Shown piece by piece: positions 22,255 through 31,316 of a DNA stretch of 36,388 nt. Both the position numbers and the translations under genes were made by a program. The first letter of the stretch is position 1; every line of letters begins with the position of its first letter. The stretch is from assembly GCA_032718475.1 (NCBI GenBank), contig JAUCBJ010007586.1, positions 1 to 36,388 of the forward strand, read 5' to 3'. This DNA is from Nemertoderma westbladi. Lineage: Eukaryota; Animalia; Xenacoelomorpha. Below the pieces are notes generated by a model. The model did no database searches. It was given only the letters and a program-made list of their open reading frames with translations, and was not told the origin of the DNA.

Positions 22255-24267
22255 TTACGATTTAGCGGCAGAGTTAAGTACAGAATTGGTGGAACTTTCA
22301 GTTTCGATATATCTGATGTGTACCTCATTATTAATGTAACTGGGATTGTCGGCAGTGGTATCAACATCATTCAATCGATCGCTCTTCGATCCTGAAAGTT
22401 TGTCGCTATTTATTCTGGACCCTTCAACTGGTTTCGGCTTTTTCGAGATACCCGGTTTGGTACCCAGTATTTTAGATACATCCTCAATGGCGTTGTTACC
22501 TCCATCAACTGATTTTCTGCTCTTATCAACAACGGCGTATTCATCAACGACTGTCTCAGGTTCTATGCAATTATTCAATGGTTCTTTAGGGGTATTCGGA
22601 TTAGTTGACGCAACAAAATTACTGATATTCCTTACATTTCTACTTTTATCAACAACAGCATATACATCATCCAAAACCTCGGCTGTTTTCACTGGAACTT
22701 CTGGTTTTATTTCTCTATTTGCAAACACTTTATCCATAGTATCGGTATCAGAGTCCCCAACCTGAGATTTATTTTGTTCTTTGGAGGTAGAACTTCCAAC
22801 AGCTCCGCCAAACGGTTCGTAGTAATCAACATCTTCAGACTTCGCTAATCCTTCTCTTGTACCAAAAATACTGTCACGAGCATTATAGTATTCTTCGTCA
22901 ACTTCAACATTAACTTGGTTAGACACAACGTTACCTTTATCTACGTCGCATTGAACATAATAGTCATCCATCGTAAAGTTATCATTATCAACACCATCTC
23001 CTGGGGATCTTTCCTGTCCCAGAGTTTTACGTTTCCGCCTATAGAGCACGAAAAGTGCAATAAAAACTACAATAGCTACAACCAGAACAACTACTGATGA
23101 CGTCACTGCAACTATGGTAATGACTGAACTCGAACTGCCTTCGCTGGCTGATTGGCTGGTCGTTGATTGAGGGAATCCAATGATACTGATACCACCACTG
23201 GTGGAACTGATATCTTGTTTCCATGGAATACAGTATACTTCATACCAGTAGATGGCGCTGTCTTGTACATTCATTGCAACAGATAGAGTCGGTCCTTCTC
23301 CTACAATATCAGTAACATTATCTGTAACTCTAAACCAGGTTATGTTATTATCAGGCGTTCCGGATGTGAACTCAGCATTTAGTACAATAACCTCTCCTTC
23401 AAGTATTTCAATAATATCCTCAACGGGTTTATTAGTATCTGTAGAGATTATAAGATTGGTTGCTAAGTAACCTATTACCATAGTAACACCGCACTCAGTA
23501 ACCCCATTGGATACAATGTTTTTAGCCCTGCAAGTAAACATTTGTTGGTTATATAATGTTGGGTTGGTTTCTATGTCAGTAAGGTTTAGTTTTAGGATTT
23601 CTACTGAATCCAGTTTCTTGTAGCTATAACTATTGTTCATATCTTCATTATCGGTGTTAACCCATTGGAATACGCCGTTGTTAGGATAAACATATTCTTT
23701 AGGAGAAGGTAACCAATCAGTAGCTTTACATTCAAGGAAGGGGTTTGATTGGTCCGATTCCGGTAGGAATTTATTTGAATTTGGATCGAATATTAAACGA
23801 CAATTAGAGTTACCGGTTTCCACTTCCCCGTTACAACCACAGTGTAGGTCGGAGGAACGAGTTTGACATTCTGGGAAGCGACGTTGATATGACAGATTGT
23901 CACAACATCCCCACCAACAAGAGTAAAGAGAATCTCCGTTATATTCCCATTCGTGCATAAGCTCAGTCACAGTAAATGTAACTGCGTGGGCGTCTCTATC
24001 TATGGCAACTGTTCCTCTGGACTGTTTGTGGTTAACGGTAGATAATAGATTCTCACCACCCCGATACAATCGGACCTTGTCATAAATATTATATCCATAA
24101 CTGATACGACTATCAGTACAAACTACTTTCAGTTTGTCTCCTCTCATTAAACAATCTCGCCCTTCTGGTAAAATCTTTTTCATATTCGTCAAACCGCTGA
24201 CAATAACATTATGATTTACAAAAACTCCAGTAATTACAGCGATTAGATAAACACAATTCAGGGACAT
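22255..24267 (-). CDS. Type-I membrane protein with three Ig-like domains and a long Tyr-motif tail (670 aa), receptor A
   Basis: Hydrophobic signal peptide. Ig-like signatures LKVVC...DSLYSC, LECKA..WLPSP..FQW..FTCRAKN and EGEVIVLNA..GTP..ITW..DSAIYWY. TM about aa 383-409 followed by RRKRK. Tail of about 260 aa with YAVVDKSR twice, YYN and NPSYIN. One uninterrupted ORF. Confidence 0.92.
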   Translation of the reverse strand: MSLNCVYLIAVITGVFVNHNVIVSGLTNMKKILPEGRDCLMRGDKLKVVCTDSRISYGYNIYDKVRLYRGGENLLSTVNHKQSRGTVAIDRDAHAVTFTVTELMHEWEYNGDSLYSCWWGCCDNLSYQRRFPECQTRSSDLHCGCNGEVETGNSNCRLIFDPNSNKFLPESDQSNPFLECKATDWLPSPKEYVYPNNGVFQWVNTDNEDMNNSYSYKKLDSVEILKLNLTDIETNPTLYNQQMFTCRAKNIVSNGVTECGVTMVIGYLATNLIISTDTNKPVEDIIEILEGEVIVLNAEFTSGTPDNNITWFRVTDNVTDIVGEGPTLSVAMNVQDSAIYWYEVYCIPWKQDISSTSGGISIIGFPQSTTSQSASEGSSSSVITIVAVTSSVVVLVVAIVVFIALFVLYRRKRKTLGQERSPGDGVDNDNFTMDDYYVQCDVDKGNVVSNQVNVEVDEEYYNARDSIFGTREGLAKSEDVDYYEPFGGAVGSSTSKEQNKSQVGDSDTDTMDKVFANREIKPEVPVKTAEVLDDVYAVVDKSRNVRNISNFVASTNPNTPKEPLNNCIEPETVVDEYAVVDKSRKSVDGGNNAIEDVSKILGTKPGISKKPKPVEGSRINSDKLSGSKSDRLNDVDTTADNPSYINNEVHIRYIETESSTNSVLNSAAKS

Positions 24268-24384
24268 CGTTAAAACAAAAAATAATAAAAAATGTTAAAG
24301 AAAATATTGTGAACATAATTATCTGTAGGTACACCATTTAATTATATATGTTAAAGTCATAATGTTACAAATATACTTCCTTAC

Positions 24385-24575
24385 TTACTTGTAGGTTTTA
24401 ATGAGGAGGTAAATACAGTTGGTTTATAGTTCCCGTTTGCGAAGTTAATAAAGGATTATTATAAGTTATATAAATTCGACCTGCCAGCAGGCAAATCTCC
24501 AAAATACTTAAATGGGTTTGGCTCACTGGGTTCCTGAGTCGCAAGTATTAGGTGAAGTTTGTATCATAGGAACTA
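24385..24575 (-). promoter_or_regulatory. Upstream block conserved with 33135-33300 (candidate promoter/5'UTR of receptor A)
   Basis: Shares TAGGTTTTAATGAGGAG, GAAGTTAATAAAGGATTATTATAAGTTA, CTGCCAGCAGGCAAATCTCCAAAAT and AAGTTTGTATCATAGGAAC with the paralog. Confidence 0.65.
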
Positions 24576-25038
24576 GATGATGGTTATGGAACGTTAATAA
24601 GGATAATCCAAACTAAAGAGGGCGGGTAGGGGTAGAAAAAGTTCCCAAATTACCTCCAAATGCAGGATAATTTCATCCCTGGTACTTTCATCGACTTCTC
24701 ATTCCCTACCAAACCCGCAATATCCCAAACCAGACCTGCTGGACCCACACGTCATTGGGGTGGCGTCGTAATCGCCACAGGCGACTATCACCGACCAACT
24801 CAACGCCACAACATCTCCCGGGCCGACATACCTCGACTTCCAATCGTTAGTGTCCCGGCTCGTTGAAGTGTTTGACGATGGCAACGACCGCCCACTCCTG
24901 GTCATGTCGGGTTCACATTGACCTAAAGGACGGGACGACCCCCCTTCCACCTTAATGGGGCGCCCCCGATACCAAAATGTCTCCGGGCAGATGTCAAGGA
25001 CCTCTTAGACTTTCTGACATCACTGACTCACTCACTCA

Positions 25039-25255
25039 CATGTGAAGAATACCAGGTTTTTACTTTTCGGTCGAAATTTTATTGTAATTTTATTTATGAA
25101 GAATTTGTATTTTTGAAAATTTCTCCTTATTAAGTGTTTTATATCGTTCATTTCTATCTTATAACCTGTGTAGATACGTATTCGTTTATTGTTTTGGTTG
25201 GAATCAGCCCTTCTTAAACCTGCGGTTTTAGTGAAAAACTGGTATTCTTCACATG
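25039..25255. mobile_element. Small inverted-repeat element (MITE-like)
   Basis: CATGTGAAGAATACCAG at 25039 is mirrored by CTGGTATTCTTCACATG ending at 25255. TSD unclear. Confidence 0.55.
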
Positions 25256-25349
25256 GGTGAAAACTGCATTACATGGACATATAATTGTCCATAACAACAC
25301 ATAACTGAATTACATGGAAATATAACAGCAGTTAGTCTGGTATACTTCA

Positions 25350-25707
25350 CATGGGCCGACAGGTTGCGGGGTAATCCACCTGGTGAGTGGTGACAACCCC
25401 AACAGAATGGGCACACCCGATGACTGGGCGAGAAAACCGAACGGAAAACTCCGTTTGTGGGTGGACCTGGTGCCACCTGAACCATTGTGTGCGCTGTCCA
25501 CGGTACCCAACCCCTAACCTCAGACATCTTGTCGCCTCTATCCCATCCGATGCCAACATCTTCAGTGTGTTTGATGCAGCGGGGGGATGTTGGCACGTTC
25601 CCCTGGTCGAGGCATCCCAGCCTCTAACAACATTCGCGACCCCATGGGACCGCTACTTACACACACGAAGCTTAATGGGACTTGTATCGTCTGGGGAGGA
25701 ATATAAC
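25350..25707 (+). mobile_element. Ty3/Gypsy reverse transcriptase fragment
   Basis: PTEWAHPM, a frameshifted KPNGKLRLWVDL, and LN..VR.PRYPTP...FSVFDAAGGCWHVPL...LTTFATPWDRY...MGLVSSGEEYN. Truncated before YxDD. Confidence 0.85.
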
Positions 25708-26767
25708 CCTCTTTCAAAAAATTTTTTTTCTAATTTTTTTGCTACAGCAGATTTGTATCAAGATTCCAAGTTTAAAAACCGTTTAGCAAGATCTCTCTTA
25801 CTTTTCGAGATATGCTGGTCTGTCCGTTTTACTGTCTAGTACATATTAACAGTACAAATAAGTAACTAATTAATTTAATTAATTTAATTAAAATGAGCTA
25901 ATTAAGAATTCTATAAGATAAAATTTTGTAGAGTCGATCGTGCTGAATCCAAAAAAGTTATTTCAAGAAATTTGGGCGACGATATAATTGGTATATTAAA
26001 CTATAACCTAAAGTATTGGACATTTAAAAATAAGTGGTGGGGGGGGGGGGGGGGGGGGGTAGGTAGGTACTCAACCCCCCCCCCCCCCCCCCCCCCCATT
26101 CTCCCTTAAAGTCCATTCCATTCCATGTCCACTCACCCCATTCGACATTCGACCTTGGAACTAATCAAACAGAAACATTTTACATATTACAAATTTCGAA
26201 TATTGATGGGCCTCGCTAATGCAAACGGTCTGCTAAGCAACGGATGGCGTAGGGATGGATCGGGTGAGGGTTGGAATGCAGTCGTATATTTAAAGAAGAT
26301 ACGAATTTTAGCAACGAGGGAGTCCCCCCAACTCAGACCCTATTGTAATGTTACACTGGTTTAGACCTCAGCTTCTCCAATAATAGTTACTGGATCGGCT
26401 CAAAAAAACAAACATCCTGATAATATTAGAACCGAGCTTTGCACGACAACAAACATCATGTTGCGTTAACTCTCACCACAGTTATGTCCCAAGCCAATTA
26501 TCAGCATTTCACTATTATTATTTCATATAAGCTAGGATTCACCATATTTTACCAACTACATTTAATTAATCCTTACCATTTAACATATACTGACACTGAC
26601 ATTAACAATCATCGGGATTGTATATCGAACTCGATACTGTGGTTCGCTATGCTGTGCAGTGTGCAGTGCACCCAATTAATTGTCAAGGAACATCTATGTT
26701 CTCTCAACCTATTTTGTTCACAAACATAACAACTGTATGTTGTGTGGCAATTCAATATATTGTAATG

Positions 26768-27183
26768 GTGAAAAATATCGAGACATGAAAAATATCAAGA
26801 GTAAAAATAACGAGAGTAAAAATATCGAGAGTAAAAATATCGAGTGTTGAAAAATATCGAAAATAACGAGTGTTGAAAAATATCGAGAGTAAAAATATCG
26901 AGTGTTGAAAAAAATCGAGTGTTGAAAAATATCGAGAGTAAAAATATCGAGAGTAAAAATATCGAATGTTGAAAAATATCGAGAGTAAAAATATCGAGTG
27001 TTGAAATATATCGAAATATCGAGTGTTGAAATATATCGAGAGTAAAAATATCGAGTGTTGAAAAATATCGAGAGTAAAAATATCGAGTGTTGAAAAATAT
27101 CGAGAGTAAAAATATCGAGTGTTGAAAAATATCGAGTGTTGAAAAATATCGAGTGTGTGAAAAATATCGAGAGTAAAAATATT
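26768..27183 (-). repeat. Short arm of the 15/17-bp tandem array (inverted orientation)
   Basis: Units AGTAAAAATATCGAG and TGTTGAAAAATATCGAG are reverse complements of the units in 27495-31152. Confidence 0.95.
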
Positions 27184-27494
27184 GCATTTTGCTTGAGCAT
27201 TTTATTTAGAATTATGGAACAATATTGCAGTGCATGGGTTACAACAGTGCAAGTGCAAATAAATGGCATTAATACACCTTGGGTACCCATTTACCAGATT
27301 TATTATACTAGCTAGTTTTTGCTATTTTTTAATAAATATTATAAAAAAAGTGCTAGCTATAAATTTTGATAAATATTATAAATATTGTTAAATATTATAT
27401 TAGAACACGTATAAGCTACCAAATGTTGATAAAAAATTTTGTTCTAGAACATTTTTAGGAAAAAAAATTATCATATAACCCGTATTTAAAAAAA

Positions 27495-30400
27495 TTGTTA
27501 CTATCGATATTTTTGCTCTCGATATTTTTCAACACTCTATATTTTTCAACACTCAACACTGGATATTTTTATTCTCGATATTTTTCAACACTCGATATTT
27601 TTCAACACTCGATATTTTTCAACACTCGATATTTTTACTCTCGATATTTTTCAACACTCGATATTTTTACTCTCGATATATTTCAACACTCGATATTTTT
27701 ACTCTCGATATTTTTCAACACTCGATATTTTTCAACACTCGATATTTTTACTCTCGATATATTTCAACACTCGATATTTTTCAACACTCGATATTTTTAC
27801 TCTCGATATATTTCAACACTCGATATTTTTACTCTCGATATATTTCAACACTCGATATTTTTACTCTCGATATTTTTCAACACTCGATATTTTTCAACAC
27901 TCGATATTTTTGCTCTCGATATTTTTCAACACTCGATATTTTTCAACACTCGATATTTTTCAACACTCGATATTTTTCAACACTCGATATTTTTACTCTC
28001 GATATTTTTCAACACTCGATATTTGTACTCTCGATATTTTTCAACACTCGATATTTTTACTCTCGATATTTTTCAACACTCTATATTTTTACTCTCGATA
28101 TTTTTCAACACTCGATATTTTTACTCTCGATATTTTTACTCTCGATATTTTTCAACACTCGATATTTTTACTCTCGATATTTTTACTCTCGATATTTTTA
28201 CTCTCGATATTTTTACTCTCGATATTTTTCAACACTCGATATTTTTACTCTCGATATTTTTCAACACTCGATATTTTTACTCTCGATATTTTTACTCTCG
28301 ATATTTTTACTCTCGATATTTTTACTCTCGATATTTTTCAACACTCGATATTTTTACTCTCGATATTTTTCAACACTCGATATTTTTACTCTCGATATTT
28401 TTACTCTCGATATTTTTCAACACTCGATATTTTTACTCTCGATATTTTTCAACACTCGATATTTTTCAACACTCGATATTTTTCAACACTCGATATTTTT
28501 CAACACTCGATATTTTTACTCTCGATATTTTTCAACACTCGATATTTGTACTCTCGATATTTTTCAACACTCGATATTTTTACTCTCGATATTTTTCAAC
28601 ACTCTATATTTTTACTCTCGATATTTTTCAACACTCGATATTTTTACTCTCGATATTTTTACTCTCGATATTTTTCAACACTCGATATTTTTACTCTCGA
28701 TATTTTTACTCTCGATATTTTTACTCTCGATATTTTTACTCTCGATATTTTTCAACACTCGATATTTTTACTCTCGATATTTTTCAACACTCGATATTTT
28801 TACTCTCGATATTTTTACTCTCGATATTTTTACTCTCGATATTTTTACTCTCGATATTTTTCAACACTCGATATTTTTACTCTCGATATTTTTCAACACT
28901 CGATATTTTTACTCTCGATATTTTTACTCTCGATATTTTTACTCTCGATATTTTTACTCTCGATATTTTTACTCTCGATATTTTTCAACACTCGATATTT
29001 TTACTCTTGATATTTTTCAACACTCGATATTTTTCAACACTCTATATTTTTCAACACTCAACACTGGATATTTTTATTCTCGATATTTTTCAACACTCTA
29101 TATTTTTGCTCTCGATATTTTTCAACACTCGATATTTTTCAACACTCGATATTTTTCAACACTCGATATTTTTCAACACTCGATATTTTTACTCTCGATA
29201 TTTTTCAACACTCGATATTTTTACTCTCGATATTTTTCAACACTCGATATTTTTACTCTCGATATTTTTCAACACTCTATATTTTTACTCTCGATATTTT
29301 TCAACACTCGATATTTTTACTCTCGATATTTTTCAACACTCGATATTTTTACTCTCGATATTTTTACCCTCGATATTTTTACTCTCGATATTTTTATTCT
29401 CGATATTTTTCAACACTCGATATTTTTGCTCTCGATATTTTTCAACACTCGATATTTTTCAACACTCGATATTTTTCAACACTCGATATTTTTCAACACT
29501 CTATATTTTTACTCTCGATATTTTTCAACACTCGATATTTTTACTCTCGATATTTTTCAACACTCGATATTTTTACTCTCGATATTTTTACCCTCGATAT
29601 TTTTGCTCTCGATATTTTTCAACACTCGATATTTTTCAACACTCGATATTTTTCAACACTCGATATTTTTCAACACTCGATATTTTTACTCTCGATATTT
29701 TTCAACACTCGATATTTTTACTCTCGATATTTTTCAACACTCGATATTTTTACTCTCGATATTTTTCAACACTCTATATTTTTACTCTCGATATTTTTCA
29801 ACACTCGATATTTTTACTCTCGATATTTTTACTCTCGATATTTTTCAACACTCGATATTTTTACTCTCGATATTTTTACTCTCGATATTTTTACTCTCGA
29901 TATTTTTACTCTCGATATTTTTACTCTCGATATTTTTCAACACTCGATATTTTTACTCTCGATATTTTTCAACACTCGATATTTTCAACACTCGATATTT
30001 TTACTCTTGATATTTTTCAACACTCGATATTTTTGCTCTCGATATTTTTCAACACTCTATATTTTTCAACACTCAACACTGGATATTTTTACTCTCGATA
30101 TTTTTACTCTCGATATTTTTACTCTCGATATTTTTCAACACTCGATATTTTTACTCTCGATATTTTTACTCTCGATATTTTTACTCTCGATATTTTTACT
30201 CTCGATATTTTTCAACACTCGATATTTTTACTCTCGATATTTTTCAACACTCGATATTTTTACTCTCGATATTTTTACTCTCGATATTTTTACTCTCGAT
30301 ATTTTTACTCTCGATATTTTTCAACACTCGATATTTTTACTCTCGATATTTTTCAACACTCGATATTTTTACTCTCGATATTTTTACTCTCGATATTTTT

Positions 30401-31152
30401 ACTCTCGATATTTTTACTCTCGATATTTTTACTCTCGATATTTTTCAACACTCGATATTTTTACTCTTGATATTTTTCAACACTCGATATTTTTGCTCTC
30501 GATATTTTTCAACACTCTATATTTTTCAACACTCAACACTCGATATTTTTACTCTCGATATTTTTCAACACTCGATATTTTTGCTCTCGATATTTTTCAA
30601 CACTCGATATTTTTCAACACTCGATATTTTTCAACACTCGATATTTTTCAACACTCGATATTTTTACTCTCGATATTTTTCAACACTCGATATTTTTACT
30701 CTCGATATTTTTCAACACTCGATATTTTTACTCTCGATATTTTTCAACACTCGATATTTTTACTCTCGATATTTTTCAACACTCGATATTTTTCAACACT
30801 CGATATTTTTCAACACTCGATATTTTTATTCTCGATATTTTTCAACACTCGATATTTTTACTCTCGATATTTTTCAACACTCGATATTTTTACTCTCGAT
30901 ATTTTTACTCTCGATATTTTTACTCTCGATATTTTTACTCTCGATATTTTTCAACACTCGATATTTTTACTCTCGATATTTTTCAACACTCGATATTTTT
31001 ACTCTCGATATTTTCACTCTCGATATTTTTACTCTCGATATTTTTGCCCTCGATATTTTTACTCTCGATATTTTTTGAACTCTCGATATTATCGTTATTT
31101 TTCAACACTCGATGTTTTTACTCGCGTTATTTTTACTCTCGATATTTTTCAA
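27495..31152 (+). repeat. Long arm of the tandem array, built from CTCGATATTTTTACT (15 bp) and CTCGATATTTTTCAACA (17 bp)
   Basis: Directly visible. The two units are interspersed irregularly, with rare variants marking higher-order duplications. Confidence 0.97.
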
Positions 31153-31316
31153 TATAACCAGTTTTACTTAGTATTAATAAATAATATTATTATTTTTTTA
31201 TTATTAATGATATTATTATTAGTTAGCATTAATAATATTATTATCAGTTTTAATAATAATAATATTAAGTAAACGTCAGTTAAATTACCGCAACATCAAT
31301 TAATAATTGACGAATT

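Noticed and set aside
24660-24960. Possible Gypsy integrase C-terminal remnant (HWGGVVIATGDY)
   Set aside because: Similarity is too weak and fragmented to call without a search.
27495-31152. CRISPR array
   Set aside because: No unique spacers, no cas genes, and the context is eukaryotic.
26751-31156. TTCAATATA as a 9-bp TSD for the foldback-like element
   Set aside because: The right copy overlaps a repeat unit and the implied ends are not symmetric.
26718-31272. Long ORFs (up to 991 aa) across the tandem arrays
   Set aside because: The units lack stop codons on that strand, so several frames are open at once. There is no sign of real coding.
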